Shown: positions 50,443 through 60,923, counted from the first letter of the stretch. The stretch: DNA of 64,000 nucleotides from Candidatus Magasanikiibacteriota bacterium (GCA_017991415.1 JAGOQR010000001.1:277992-341991), one strand, 5' to 3'. Notes: a model not told the origin generated them from the letters alone. Numbers and translations are program-made.

Positions 50443-51732
50443 TTAAACCCATTCTTTGCCTTGCCTACACAGCAAAAGCGACGCCTGAAGCGGTTCAGCC
50501 ATAACTTCTTTTACTAATTTTTCCATACGAACTCCTTGTGATCCTTTGGCTAATATCACATCGCCTTGCACCATTTTTTCCTGCAAAAATCTGCCAGCTT
50601 CTACACTACTCGCAAAAGAGGCAATTTTATTTTCATCAAACCCCGCTTCTTTGGCAGCTAAGGCCGTATACTTGGCAGCTTCTCCTACAGTAATTAAGAA
50701 ATCTAATTCAAGTTCTGCAACTTTAAAACCAATTTCACGATGAGTATTTTCTGTTTCTGGCCCTAATTCTAACATATCTCCCAAAACAGCGTACCGACGA
50801 GCAGATTGCCCGACCTCTATATGGGAGAGTGCTTCAAGCGCCATTTTTACTGCCTCTGGACTAGAATTATACGTATCATCAATTATCAAGGTATGTTTTA
50901 TACCATCTACTAAACGCATGCGGCCAGGTAAACCTTCCAGCTTACTCAACGCCTGAGAACCTTCGATTATATTTACCCCAAAAATAGTGCCTACAGCCAG
51001 CCCAGCCAGAGCTGCAGAAATAGCAGAACGAGAAATTACTCCAGGTAAAAATACAGGCACGACATTGCCTTTATACAAAACTTTAAAATTCAATCCTGCA
51101 GGCCACTGCGTGGAATCATTTTTTATAATATTAACATCGGTAACTCGTAAGTCTGCACCGTCTTTAAAACCATAGGTAATAATTTCTGCTTTGGTAGCAC
51201 CGATATTTTGCATTACCGTATCACTATCGAAATTTAAAACAGCAAAACCATCTTGGCGTAAATGAGAAATAATAATTCTTTTTTCTTGAGCAATTTTTTT
51301 AATGGTCTTAAAAAATTCTGTATGCGCATGAGAAATCATTGTGAGCACGCCTACTTTACATGGCGCCAAATCGGTAAGGTAGCTAATGTCACCTGGCTTA
51401 TCAGCACCCATTTCCAAAACTAAAATTTCTGGATAATTTTTATCAGTAACTAAAATTAATTTCTTTGCTTTTATAATTACCCGTAACCAACCCCATAGAG
51501 ATCTGCCTGGTGTTTTTTCTATGCCAATAATAGTAAGTGGTAGACCTATTTCATTATTATAATTCTTACTGTTGCGACGCACTGAAAATTTAGTTTCTAA
51601 AATACAGGCTATCGCCTCTTTTGAAGATGTCTTACCAACCGAACCTGTAACACCAATAATATCTGGCTTATATTTTTCTAGTATTTTTTTAGATAGACCT
51701 CTCAAAATAGACTGTAGAATATTTTTCAGCAT
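50443..51732 (-). CDS. murF: Mur ligase, MurF-like (lacks the usual N-terminal domain)
   Basis: P-loop GVTGSVGKTSSKE near residue 30 and the MurF-type NYNNEIGLPLT motif. Confidence 0.65.
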   Translation of the reverse strand: MLKNILQSILRGLSKKILEKYKPDIIGVTGSVGKTSSKEAIACILETKFSVRRNSKNYNNEIGLPLTIIGIEKTPGRSLWGWLRVIIKAKKLILVTDKNYPEILVLEMGADKPGDISYLTDLAPCKVGVLTMISHAHTEFFKTIKKIAQEKRIIISHLRQDGFAVLNFDSDTVMQNIGATKAEIITYGFKDGADLRVTDVNIIKNDSTQWPAGLNFKVLYKGNVVPVFLPGVISRSAISAALAGLAVGTIFGVNIIEGSQALSKLEGLPGRMRLVDGIKHTLIIDDTYNSSPEAVKMALEALSHIEVGQSARRYAVLGDMLELGPETENTHREIGFKVAELELDFLITVGEAAKYTALAAKEAGFDENKIASFASSVEAGRFLQEKMVQGDVILAKGSQGVRMEKLVKEVMAEPLQASLLLCRQGKEWV

Positions 51733-51762
51733 AACGAATAACTTAAAGCTCTTAAAATTTAA

Positions 51763-53493
51763 TTATTTATCTCCGGGTACACCATAATAATCCAAAACAA
51801 ATTTTGCCACATCTTTGAATACTGGGGCAGCAGTAGACTCTGCCCAATTCTGTTTTGGCTCCTCATATTTTACCAGTAATACAAACTGCGGATCTGTAGC
51901 TGGAAAATAACCGACAAATGTATGGTTAGTTTTATCTTTTTCATACCCTCCATCTTTGGCAGCAATTTGGGCAGTTCCCGTCTTGGCAGCCACATAATAG
52001 TTTGTCATCCCCGCTACCTTGGAATATGTCTTTTCAACTACAGAAATGAGCATGGCTGTGATAAGTTTATCAGTACTAGGAGAAATTACAACTTCTGTCT
52101 GGGGTTCAGTCTTATCAACCTGGCCATTATCATGACGCACCTCGTCTACAATGTATGGCTTAGGCATACGCCCACCGTTGGCTAAAGCAGCGTACGCTGT
52201 GGCGATTTGGAGCGGCGTAACAGAAAAACCCTGACCAAAAGAGCCAACGGCTGTATAAATGTCAGCTGTTTTACTTAAAGAAGAGATATCGCCCCCTGTT
52301 TCTGTATCCAAACCAATACCCGTTTTTTTACCAAACCCAAATTTTTCTACATAATCCTTAAACCTTGTTTTACCAATTTTTTCTGAAACCCAAATCATAC
52401 CAGTATTAATTGAATTTTCTAGAACATTGGTCATTGTTACCTGCCCATACACTTTATCTAAAGCATTATGAATTTTATATCGATTGATAATTCTTTCTCC
52501 TGTATCAGTAAACGTGGTAAACGGACTAACCAAACCCAAATCAAGTGCCATAGACATCACAATAGGCTTAAAAACTGAACCTGGCTCATATGGAGTAAAA
52601 ATGGTTGTATTATTATATACACTCACATCTTTTACATCAGAATACTTATTAGGATCAAAGTCAGGCAAACTGCACATAGAAAGAATGGCTCCGGTTTTTG
52701 GATTCATTAAAATAAGCGAAGCGCTTTTAGCCTGATACTGTTCAAACCCTGCTTGCAACCTCTGACACGCTTTATACTGAACATTTCTGTCTACGGTTAA
52801 TAAAAGATCGGCTCCGTTTTCTGCTTGCTTTAGTGTACGATTGGCAACTGAAATAATACTACCCATAGCCCCTTTTTCTCCCGAAAGAAACCCGCTCTTT
52901 CCAGCCAAGGCACTGTCCCAAAATCCTTCTATACCATACCGACCCGAGAGCTCTCCTTTTTCATTTTGACCAGTGAACCCTAAAATATTTGCAGCTAAAT
53001 TTGCTTCTGGATAATATCTAAATTCCTGGCCTGTCGTATTAATTCCAAATATACGAGCCGCGCTAATTATATCTTTATTTTCTTCAGAAACTTTTTTGGC
53101 AATAGGCTCGTACGGATCATTCTTTTTTGACAGTTTATTAAACAGGTTATTTTTTTCTTCTTCTGAAAAATTTAAAACAGTTGCTAAAAAATTAGTGGTG
53201 CTTGGAACTTGGCCAACAGGAATATCTCGGGGCACCGCATATACAGAATAGTACTGACGATTTACTGAAGCAGGATATTCTTTATTTTTATTACGAGTAT
53301 CTTGCAAAAAGATACTGCCTCGATGCGGATATAATTGCTGATAGATTTCATGATTATTTAAAGCGAGAGCTGCATAGTATTTATGATCTATAACTTGCAA
53401 TACAAAAAGTCGAGCCACAATTATTGCAGCACCCACCAGAACTAATATAGAAATAAATCTAAGAGAATTATCCGCTTCTTTTTTGGCTAACAT
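51763..53493 (-). CDS. ftsI: penicillin-binding protein transpeptidase (FtsI/PBP2-like)
   Basis: N-terminal TM anchor; SVFKP (SxxK), SINT-like ENSINT (SxN) and KTGTA motifs. Confidence 0.9.
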   Translation of the reverse strand: MLAKKEADNSLRFISILVLVGAAIIVARLFVLQVIDHKYYAALALNNHEIYQQLYPHRGSIFLQDTRNKNKEYPASVNRQYYSVYAVPRDIPVGQVPSTTNFLATVLNFSEEEKNNLFNKLSKKNDPYEPIAKKVSEENKDIISAARIFGINTTGQEFRYYPEANLAANILGFTGQNEKGELSGRYGIEGFWDSALAGKSGFLSGEKGAMGSIISVANRTLKQAENGADLLLTVDRNVQYKACQRLQAGFEQYQAKSASLILMNPKTGAILSMCSLPDFDPNKYSDVKDVSVYNNTTIFTPYEPGSVFKPIVMSMALDLGLVSPFTTFTDTGERIINRYKIHNALDKVYGQVTMTNVLENSINTGMIWVSEKIGKTRFKDYVEKFGFGKKTGIGLDTETGGDISSLSKTADIYTAVGSFGQGFSVTPLQIATAYAALANGGRMPKPYIVDEVRHDNGQVDKTEPQTEVVISPSTDKLITAMLISVVEKTYSKVAGMTNYYVAAKTGTAQIAAKDGGYEKDKTNHTFVGYFPATDPQFVLLVKYEEPKQNWAESTAAPVFKDVAKFVLDYYGVPGDK

Positions 53494-53560
53494 GAAAACA
53501 ATCTAGCTTACTTAAAAACCCAGAATTTTAGCTATTATACCTTTATTTTTTCTATAAATC

Positions 53561-53592
53561 AAAAACCCTCATCTACATGAGGGTTTTTGATT
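53561..53592. terminator. bidirectional intrinsic terminator after ndk
   Basis: AAAAACCCTCAT-CTAC-ATGAGGGTTTTT, a perfect 12-bp stem flanked by A and T runs. Confidence 0.6.
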
Positions 53593-53603
53593 TTAAGTAT
53601 AGA

Positions 53604-54206
53604 TTATTCCAAAATACCGTCTAGATTTACATCGTATAGAATCTCTTCATTTAGCTGACGATAATTTATTATCTCTTCTTCTTTAAACCAAATTTTTATC
53701 TCTCGTTCAGCTTCTTCAGGCTTATCAGAAGAATGGATCAGGTTTCGAACGGCTCTTTCATCTTGACCAGATAAGGCGTAAGAATCTAAAGTTAAGTCAC
53801 CACGAATAGTGCCGATATCAGAGGTAAGAGGTTCAGTACCACCAACCAACTTTTGTACTACCCCAACTGCCTGGTTTCCAGATAACACCATAGCTACTAC
53901 TGGACCAGAAGTCATAAATTTTACCAAAGCACGAACTATATCTTTTCCGTATTCCATTGCATCTTTGTCTACAACCAAACCAGCGGCCTTACGATCATTT
54001 ATCGTACGTTCACCTTTTTTAAGAAACCAAGCTTCGTCTTTATTATAATGAGTCCAGCACTGCTCTTCAGTTGGCACTACCATTTTCATAGCGCTCACTT
54101 TGAGACCAACACGCTCAAATCTTTGAATTATCTCACCTACCAACCCTCGCTGCACACCGTCTGGCTTGACGATGACAAAGGTTTTTTCTTTAGAAGGATG
54201 CATCAT
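53604..54206 (-). CDS. ndk: nucleoside diphosphate kinase with a C-terminal extension
   Basis: TFVIVKPDGVQRGLVGEII, active-site His context NLIHSSD, and YALSGQDER. Confidence 0.9.
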   Translation of the reverse strand: MMHPSKEKTFVIVKPDGVQRGLVGEIIQRFERVGLKVSAMKMVVPTEEQCWTHYNKDEAWFLKKGERTINDRKAAGLVVDKDAMEYGKDIVRALVKFMTSGPVVAMVLSGNQAVGVVQKLVGGTEPLTSDIGTIRGDLTLDSYALSGQDERAVRNLIHSSDKPEEAEREIKIWFKEEEIINYRQLNEEILYDVNLDGILE

Positions 54207-54274
54207 AGTACAGTCTTATTAATGAGTAAATTTGTCTTAATAATAGTCTAAAGCCATTCAAAAGTCAAAAATGG

Positions 54275-54631
54275 CTAATTTATAACATAAAAACGGAAGC
54301 TGGCAGTACCCTCGGCACGCTTAAGTGTAATTATGAGCCCTGCCATAATTATAGCTTTATCTGCAATATTATGAATATAACAGTAGGCACGAATAGCTTT
54401 TTGCAAACGAATCTTTTTAGAATATGTAATAGAGTCATCGTGAGCCAACTCACTATCTTTTCTAGTTTTTACTTCAACAAAATAATAATCATCACCTTTA
54501 GTAGCAACGATATCTACTTCACCCATAGTCGTGTGATAATTACGATCAACAACCACAAAACCCTGACGAATTAAAAAATTACAAGCTTGGGTTTCTCCCC
54601 AATCTCCAAGATCTTTTCTCCTTCTAGACAT
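54275..54631 (-). CDS. yraN: YraN-family (UPF0102) endonuclease
   Basis: GETQACNFLIRQGFVVVDRNYHTTMGEVDIVATKGDDYYFVEVKTR, a PD-(D/E)xK-like core. Confidence 0.8.
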   Translation of the reverse strand: MSRRRKDLGDWGETQACNFLIRQGFVVVDRNYHTTMGEVDIVATKGDDYYFVEVKTRKDSELAHDDSITYSKKIRLQKAIRAYCYIHNIADKAIIMAGLIITLKRAEGTASFRFYVIN

Positions 54632-54646
54632 AAACCGAAAGATGCA

Positions 54647-55051
54647 CTATTTACTCTTTGGTAAATATTTTTCAATTCGTGCGCGCCTGTCTTCTTCGCT
54701 TTTAATTTCTGGCACTCTTTTTAAGAAGTAACGAACAAGAGCTGACACTTGCCAAACCATAACTACAAGCCACAACAACATCCAAAAACGCCATGATAAA
54801 AAGATAATAGCTTCTTGACGAAAAAACATCCACACCATTGCCAAGAAACCCATAGTAATTCCGATAGTACCTGCTCTTCTCAGTAAAACTTTTTTAAATT
54901 TCTCTTCTTGATACAAAGATACTATTTTACAAACCAAGCCAGCTACTATAAGAAATAAAAATGTTCCGATAAGCAACCAAAGCGATGTGCCTTGAGCGGT
55001 GAAAGGCTGTCCAAACCAATAGTCTACATGAAACAAATTTTTTATATTCAT
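54647..55051 (-). CDS. hypothetical membrane protein
   Basis: 134 aa with 3-4 TM helices. Confidence 0.35.
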   Translation of the reverse strand: MNIKNLFHVDYWFGQPFTAQGTSLWLLIGTFLFLIVAGLVCKIVSLYQEEKFKKVLLRRAGTIGITMGFLAMVWMFFRQEAIIFLSWRFWMLLWLVVMVWQVSALVRYFLKRVPEIKSEEDRRARIEKYLPKSK

Positions 55052-55062
55052 ACAAATGTTAA

Positions 55063-55611
55063 TTAAATCTTTTCAAAAATTAATGAGTAATGATAATCTC
55101 CTGGCAAAATCTTTTCTACAAACTTAAAGTTTTCTGCTATAGCCAAACTAGACAACTCTTCGGGACTAAGCAACGATTTTTCATCTGGACCGAGCATGCC
55201 TAATTTTTTTGCCCAATCTACCGCTACCAGATACCCACCCTTTTTAAGCATGCGAGAAGCTTCTTTAAGAGCTCCTGCCTTATTTTTCAATTGAAATAAT
55301 ACATTAACACAAAAACATACGTCAAGTGACCCCGTCGGTATTGGCGTCTTGCCCGGCATTTCAATGTCCGACCAAACAGTTTGAACATTATCTATTCCCC
55401 CGCTCCGAGCCAAGCTTTTTATGCTTTCAAGAATATTCTTTACCACATCAACTGCATAGACCACACCCTTGTCTCCTACTACCTTTACAGCTGGAAATAC
55501 AAAATGGCCAGTTCGACCACAACCTAAGTCGGCCACTCTTTTTCCTGGAGATAAGGCAATTTTTTCAAAAATTTTATACGGATCAATAAGGGCTGTACCA
55601 GTATGCGCCAT
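55063..55611 (-). CDS. class I SAM-dependent methyltransferase
   Basis: Motif I RVADLGCGRTG and motif II VYAVDV. Confidence 0.7.
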   Translation of the reverse strand: MAHTGTALIDPYKIFEKIALSPGKRVADLGCGRTGHFVFPAVKVVGDKGVVYAVDVVKNILESIKSLARSGGIDNVQTVWSDIEMPGKTPIPTGSLDVCFCVNVLFQLKNKAGALKEASRMLKKGGYLVAVDWAKKLGMLGPDEKSLLSPEELSSLAIAENFKFVEKILPGDYHYSLIFEKI

Positions 55612-55622
55612 ACAAAAACAAT

Positions 55623-55865
55623 TTATCTTATAAAGATTTTACCAACTGTACCTAATAAAAAATTATTAAGCAAATTAGTAATCGCTAAAAAACCAAAAAA
55701 AATAAAGGCAATGCCTATTAATTTATACAGCAACCGAGTTCCTCCGCTTGTGCCTAGTTTTTCTTCAGCCCAGGCATTGTTGCCAAAATTTTGAATAAAC
55801 CATTCTGTTTTAATTACTAAAAGCACTCCGATTAAAACCATTATTAAGCCAACAAAATATCGCAT
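55623..55865 (-). CDS. small membrane protein, hypothetical
   Basis: 80 aa with two TM helices. Confidence 0.3.
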   Translation of the reverse strand: MRYFVGLIMVLIGVLLVIKTEWFIQNFGNNAWAEEKLGTSGGTRLLYKLIGIAFIFFGFLAITNLLNNFLLGTVGKIFIR

Positions 55866-55963
55866 AACACAAATTTAATTAGATATATCTATAGAATAGA
55901 GTTTAGCATTTTATAACAAAAAAGAAAAGCCTCATTAAGACTTGTAAACATACAATATAAGTG

Positions 55964-56048
55964 TGCGCGGGAGAGGACTCGAACCTCCATTCCCTTACGA
56001 GAGCTACCACCTCAAGGTAGTGCGTCTACCAATTTCGCCACCCGCGCC
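55964..56048 (-). tRNA. tRNA-Leu (anticodon GAG), class II with long variable arm
   Basis: Reverse complement GGCGCGGGTGGCGAAATTGGTAGACGCACTACCTTGAGGTGGTAGCTCTCGTAAGGGAATGGAGGTTCGAGTCCTCTCCCGCGCA has anticodon loop TTGAGGT. CCA is not encoded. Confidence 0.9.
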
Positions 56049-56062
56049 TCTTCTGCAAAAAT

Positions 56063-56725
56063 CTATTTTTTATTTGAATCGTAGTCAGTCTGATATCCAG
56101 GATTAACATTCGGACGCAGCTGATTAGGATATTCAATATCTGTCTTTACATCATACGAAACTTTTTTGAAAAACTTAAAGACCTCATACGGGGCCTCAAT
56201 ATTACAGATCATATACGGTTTATATATTGGCTGACCTTGTCGTGTCTGCCCAAATGAACCTTCGGAAGAAACCATGATACTACCTGAATTCTGCTTAAAA
56301 AGTTTATCCCAAAATCCAACAATCACCTGAGCATCAGAAACCTTATCAAAATCTATATAGATAAAATCTCTACCAATTACTCCTGTCTGAAAAATAACTC
56401 TTTTGCTAGTAATAGCAAAATAAAGATGCTTATATAGCAATAATTTATATACAGGCAAACCAACTATAAAAAACAGGCCGATAAGTGCAAAAGGAATGAG
56501 TACTAAATTTAAAGATGAAAAAATAGAGGGGAAGCTACTAACAGCATTTACGCCAGCCATTTTAAAAACAGAGGTTATCTTAAAGGCAGGCAACAAGAAC
56601 CCAACCCAGAGCAGACCGAATAACGCCATAGGAACAATTCCGGTAAAAAAATATGGCCAAAATTTTGGTGCTCCTTCCCACAATACTTTTTCGTCTGCCT
56701 CTACTACCTTATCTAACTCTTTCAT
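56063..56725 (-). CDS. membrane protein with bacterial PH (bPH_2/YdbT-like) domain
   Basis: EKVLWEGAP...; two TM helices, then ITSKRVIFQTGVIGRDFIYIDFDKVSD. Confidence 0.45.
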   Translation of the reverse strand: MKELDKVVEADEKVLWEGAPKFWPYFFTGIVPMALFGLLWVGFLLPAFKITSVFKMAGVNAVSSFPSIFSSLNLVLIPFALIGLFFIVGLPVYKLLLYKHLYFAITSKRVIFQTGVIGRDFIYIDFDKVSDAQVIVGFWDKLFKQNSGSIMVSSEGSFGQTRQGQPIYKPYMICNIEAPYEVFKFFKKVSYDVKTDIEYPNQLRPNVNPGYQTDYDSNKK

Positions 56726-56760
56726 AATATAATAAAAAAATTATTAAATATTTAATCTGT

Positions 56761-57525
56761 TCAGAACTTTCTATCTCGACCGACTATCATTTCTACCTTG
56801 CTATGAGCCAATTTTATTTTAACTTTCACCTCTTTCGACATCTTACCGTCAGCCTCTACGGAAAAGGCTTCTTTACCAGTAATAATCATTTCTTCAAAAG
56901 GAAAGATACTTGGCTCCTCATATTTATATCCCCACCAGCCACTTTTTGTCAATGGTCTAATAAAGGCCTCTAGCTTTCCATCCTGCGGATGAACCACGTG
57001 TTGCTCCGCGTCTTTCTTGTCTCTTTTCCAAAAAAAGGGCTGCAAATTACAGACAATCACTTCCATTTTATCCTTGGCAGTCACTTTAAACCGTTCATCA
57101 TAGACCACTTCTAAATTAGCAGGCATAACCCGCAACTGCGAAACAAAGTATCTATTATTCATCCAACCTACATCTAAGAATTCTTTACGACGACGTGATA
57201 AAACTGTACAAGCTTCTACGCCGACTGGAATACCTAATACTTCTGCAATGGTATTATTTGGCCCAACGGGTAAAAACCCAAACGTGCAGTCCGAGGTTGC
57301 GCTCCGAGAGAGTACTTGCCCAAAAGTTGCATCATTACCAACGATTACAATTGTTTTTGCTCCGCGTTTTATCTCGTCTTCAATGATTGATTTTGAATCA
57401 GTATAATTTTGCAAACGCAAAATCTTACCAGCTATACCATAGTCGGTAAGCACAACCTCCATTGAATGAATGATGGGAAGGAAATTTTTTTGACGTAAAA
57501 AATTGTCGTAGATATAAACATACAT
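56761..57525 (-). CDS. DAGK_cat-family lipid kinase (YegS/DgkB-like)
   Basis: GAKTIVIVGNDATFGQVL, a GGDG-type motif variant, with a nucleotide-binding N-terminus. Confidence 0.55.
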   Translation of the reverse strand: MYVYIYDNFLRQKNFLPIIHSMEVVLTDYGIAGKILRLQNYTDSKSIIEDEIKRGAKTIVIVGNDATFGQVLSRSATSDCTFGFLPVGPNNTIAEVLGIPVGVEACTVLSRRRKEFLDVGWMNNRYFVSQLRVMPANLEVVYDERFKVTAKDKMEVIVCNLQPFFWKRDKKDAEQHVVHPQDGKLEAFIRPLTKSGWWGYKYEEPSIFPFEEMIITGKEAFSVEADGKMSKEVKVKIKLAHSKVEMIVGRDRKF

Positions 57526-57580
57526 AGTAGAAAATTTCTAGCTCCTATATCGCCCTGTCAATTGGGGTGGCCGAGAGTGG

Positions 57581-58054
57581 TTAGTCAATAAACGAAGAAG
57601 TCTCTTCTACTTTTTTAAAAGTTTTTGTTCTTACACTTTTTTCAGCAGCTTCCATACCAGGCATAGTTACCTTGCCATACAAAATAGCACCTGCTTCGAT
57701 TTTTAAATTTCTAACATCAATGTCACCAATTACTTTGGAGGTAGAGGTTAGTTCAAGCGATTCTTTTACTTTCATATTACCCTTCACTTCTCCAGCAATT
57801 GTCGCACTACCAGCCCGAACATTGGCAACAATTTTTGCGCCCATTTCTACGGTTAAATGCTTACTAGTAAACACACTACCAGATACAGTGCCCTTTACCA
57901 CAATATTACCTTCGGAAGCAAAATCACCTTCTACATTTACCGACGGCCCCACGACAGTTTCTACTTCATCCTGCACACCAGAATGCGACTGATTACCAAC
58001 TTCAAGCTCATTAGTTTCTTCAACAATTTTGGCAGGCTGTCTTTGAAAAATCAT
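57581..58054 (-). CDS. bactofilin (polymer-forming cytoskeletal protein)
   Basis: Repetitive beta-helical VxGxVxG pattern: VEGDFASEGNIVVKGTVSGSVFTSKHLTVEMGAKIVANVRAGSATIAGEVKGNMKV. Confidence 0.75.
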   Translation of the reverse strand: MIFQRQPAKIVEETNELEVGNQSHSGVQDEVETVVGPSVNVEGDFASEGNIVVKGTVSGSVFTSKHLTVEMGAKIVANVRAGSATIAGEVKGNMKVKESLELTSTSKVIGDIDVRNLKIEAGAILYGKVTMPGMEAAEKSVRTKTFKKVEETSSFID

Positions 58055-58127
58055 ATGTTTGTATTAATAGCTATTATTTTTTACTCCGAGAATATAATTA
58101 TATAACAATTCTCTAAAAAAATCCAAC

Positions 58128-59780
58128 TTACAAAGAAACTGTACTTTTTTGTACTACTTGATCAACCGGCACTTCTTTTGGTTTTACTGGCACCCAAAAG
58201 CCAAACTCACTTCCCTTACCTAATCCATTGCTACGCGCCCAAACGCGACCGCTGTGCGCTTCGATAAATTTACGACACACATAAAGACCTAAACCCGTAC
58301 CACTAATACCAATCGTTCGAACATTATCACCACGATAAAATTTCTGGAAAAAATTATTTTCATCCGCTTTATCAAAACCAATCCCCTGGTCTGTGACTTT
58401 CATAGCTATACCTTGGTTCTCTTCTTCAAGAAATACCTTTACCGTCCCTTTTTCACTGTATTTCAAAGCATTATCAATAAAATTATAAATAACATGATGC
58501 ATTTTTTCTGAATCGCAATATACATCCGTCATTTTCTTTGGACATGCCCAGACCAATTTTAATTTCTTTTCTTTTGCTTTTAATTTTAAATCATTTACCG
58601 AATCATCGATGAGCGTGCAGACATTATTCATAGCAAACGAATACTTAGTGCGGCCTTGTTCAATACGAGTAATATCAAGCAGCGTATCGACAAGTTTTAC
58701 TAAATGCTCGTTATTTAGATCCATGTCATCTAACACCTTGAGCGTGCTTGGTTCTATTTTTCCATAACTACCATCTTTTATTAACTCTATATACCCTTTT
58801 AAAATAGAAAGTGGCGTACGCAACTGATGAGACGCTATCGTTAAAAATTCTGTTTTTTGCTTATCTGCTTCCTGCAACAAGCTATTCGCTTTTTCTAAAG
58901 ATTCCGCTAATTTAGTAACCTCTTCTCGTCGATGGACTTCGTTTCTAACACTTTTTATCAGGGAATACGATACCGTAGCAACTGCACCTACTAAAAAAAT
59001 ATTGACTATAAATTGCTGATACGAATTTGAAAGTACGAGCTGTAAGACTAAGAAAAAATTTAAAATTAACAAAAAACCTTCAGTTGCAATAACTTTTATA
59101 TCGAGCAGCTGATGCCTTAAAATAGCATAGGTAGTAAAAGCAGCAATAATAGTTGAGAAAAACTGTCCGAGCCAATTTAGTTCAAAGTAACCAAACCAAG
59201 GTAAAATTAAATTTGTAACCATGGCCAAATTAGCTCCAAAAAAATACCCTGTTAAGATATATAAAATTTGACTATGCACAATACCTCGCGCATGACGTAA
59301 CTTTTTAAATAAATTAATAAACCCAAAGATAAAAAATAGACTAATATGAGAAGAATACACTGGATACAAAGGGCCCCATAAAATTTTATCTTCACCTCTA
59401 TCAACAAAAGAAATTCCTTTTATCATTAGGTCTGGATGCAAACAAAGAAGCACGATTAATAAATTTTCTATGAGAAGACTAATATTAATCCAGAGTGGTA
59501 CTTTTTTATTATCTGGAAATACATAGGTAAATAAAAAAAAGCTTGTTGAGGTAAACGAAGCCATGATATATAAAAGTCGTGCCCAAATTAAAACTTCACC
59601 AAAAACATGTCCTCTATAAAAAACCATCGGCAAAACCCAACCTGCGATTGCCAAAATTGCCACGGAATATGCTTTTCCTCCTGGTGTTTTACGACCATAC
59701 CGATACAACAACCACAACAATACTGCATGAATAATAAGCGAGACTGCAACAATTATATTTCTAAAATCGAGTTCAAACAT
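58128..59780 (-). CDS. sensor histidine kinase with N-terminal 7TM sensor domain (orphan, no adjacent response regulator)
   Basis: Seven N-terminal TM helices, a coiled coil, H-box FLTIASHQLRTPL, and HATPase N/G boxes (NALKYS..., DQGIGF, GTGLGL). Confidence 0.85.
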   Translation of the reverse strand: MFELDFRNIIVAVSLIIHAVLLWLLYRYGRKTPGGKAYSVAILAIAGWVLPMVFYRGHVFGEVLIWARLLYIMASFTSTSFFLFTYVFPDNKKVPLWINISLLIENLLIVLLCLHPDLMIKGISFVDRGEDKILWGPLYPVYSSHISLFFIFGFINLFKKLRHARGIVHSQILYILTGYFFGANLAMVTNLILPWFGYFELNWLGQFFSTIIAAFTTYAILRHQLLDIKVIATEGFLLILNFFLVLQLVLSNSYQQFIVNIFLVGAVATVSYSLIKSVRNEVHRREEVTKLAESLEKANSLLQEADKQKTEFLTIASHQLRTPLSILKGYIELIKDGSYGKIEPSTLKVLDDMDLNNEHLVKLVDTLLDITRIEQGRTKYSFAMNNVCTLIDDSVNDLKLKAKEKKLKLVWACPKKMTDVYCDSEKMHHVIYNFIDNALKYSEKGTVKVFLEEENQGIAMKVTDQGIGFDKADENNFFQKFYRGDNVRTIGISGTGLGLYVCRKFIEAHSGRVWARSNGLGKGSEFGFWVPVKPKEVPVDQVVQKSTVSL

Positions 59781-59805
59781 AATTATAAATTATACACTTT
59801 TTTTG

Positions 59806-59850
59806 ATAAAAAAACAAAGCATTCAAATCTAAGTTTGAATGCTTTGTAAA
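59806..59850. terminator. A/T-flanked hairpin terminator between the G+C-rich gene and the histidine kinase
   Basis: CAAAGCATTCAAA-TCTAAG-TTTGAATGCTTTG, preceded by an A7 run and followed by TAAAATT. Confidence 0.5.
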
Positions 59851-59888
59851 ATTCGCGAACACCCCATCCGTGCTCGCGGAGAACCTCA

Positions 59889-60923
59889 TCAGAACCTCGG
59901 ATGCTGACCGAGGTTGGGAGTGATACCCAGGAACCTTGCGCGTTGTTCAAACACGCCATAGCTCACCAGGGAGCTCCTACCGAACACCGACACCACCAGC
60001 GCCTCGAGGAGACAGCCGGGGATGTCACCCTGCTTGAAATCCGGCAAAAGCGGTAGGTACCGCAAGCCCTTGCCTTCTCCCTTGCTAGTAATCTTGCAGA
60101 CACCTGCAAGCTTGGCCCGCAAAGACTCTACCATCTCACGGCCCATCATCGGGTGGGTGTCATCAAGAACAACAACACCGTGCTTCAACTGCTCGATAGC
60201 AGCCTTGGCATCATCGCCCTTGCCCGTGAGAACAACAGCAAGATTCGCTTGCGCGAGGATCTCGCTGTTGCTAGTCTTCAACAACTTCCCTTCTCGCTCG
60301 TCGTAGCCATACCTGGGATCGAGCGCAATCACACAGCTAACACACTCTTCGCGGGCCAGCAGCCTGACGACCTCAGAACCAGTGTGACCAGCGCCACCAA
60401 TGACGGCGACAACCACACTCTTCCACGCACGCCCATCTTCTCGTTCGGGAAGACGATCTATGATTGCCTCCCTGACAGAGTTAAGCACCGTGTAGCAAGT
60501 GCCAAGCATCCCCGTCACACAAGGCTCGACAGGCGGCGCCTTTGATGCGGCAACAATCCAACCAGGCAATTGCCCAGCCAGTGCAATCACAGCGCTCGGA
60601 AAACGAGACTCGACCTCGCGAACGATCTCTAGAGCAAGGTGAGGATTCTTAACGATCTCCTCCCTGCTCTTAGTAGTGGCCAGGATCAAGCCGCGACGGC
60701 GCTCATGACCACTCTTGAAACGAAGGAACCCGATGAGCCCCAGCAGTCCGATGATTCGCTCAACGAACTTGGGCCAGCAGGCTCTCTTGTGACGCTCGTC
60801 CCCGTAGACGAGGAATACGAAATCCGGCTTGTAGACAAACCGAATGACGAGAAACCAGAGGATCTCCAGAGTGATGAGAAACCCCTGCCGAAAGAAGTTG
60901 ACCAGTAGCCGCTTGAGCGACAT
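59889..60923 (-). CDS. G+C-rich NAD(P)-binding Rossmann-fold protein with a hydrophobic N-terminal region (function unknown), probably horizontally acquired
   Basis: GGAGG SD 5 nt before the ATG at 60923 (the ORF track starts two codons earlier at GTG). Central VAVIGGAGHTGSEVVRLL dinucleotide-binding motif. Gene body is G+C-rich, flanks are A+T-rich. Confidence 0.45.
   Translation of the reverse strand: MSLKRLLVNFFRQGFLITLEILWFLVIRFVYKPDFVFLVYGDERHKRACWPKFVERIIGLLGLIGFLRFKSGHERRRGLILATTKSREEIVKNPHLALEIVREVESRFPSAVIALAGQLPGWIVAASKAPPVEPCVTGMLGTCYTVLNSVREAIIDRLPEREDGRAWKSVVVAVIGGAGHTGSEVVRLLAREECVSCVIALDPRYGYDEREGKLLKTSNSEILAQANLAVVLTGKGDDAKAAIEQLKHGVVVLDDTHPMMGREMVESLRAKLAGVCKITSKGEGKGLRYLPLLPDFKQGDIPGCLLEALVVSVFGRSSLVSYGVFEQRARFLGITPNLGQHPRF

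Noticed and set aside
59889-60923. Interpretation of the G+C-rich Rossmann protein as an MthK-like K+ channel (2TM plus RCK)
   Set aside because: Length and layout are reminiscent, but there is no T-V-G-Y-G selectivity filter (only LVYGDE), so it is not asserted.
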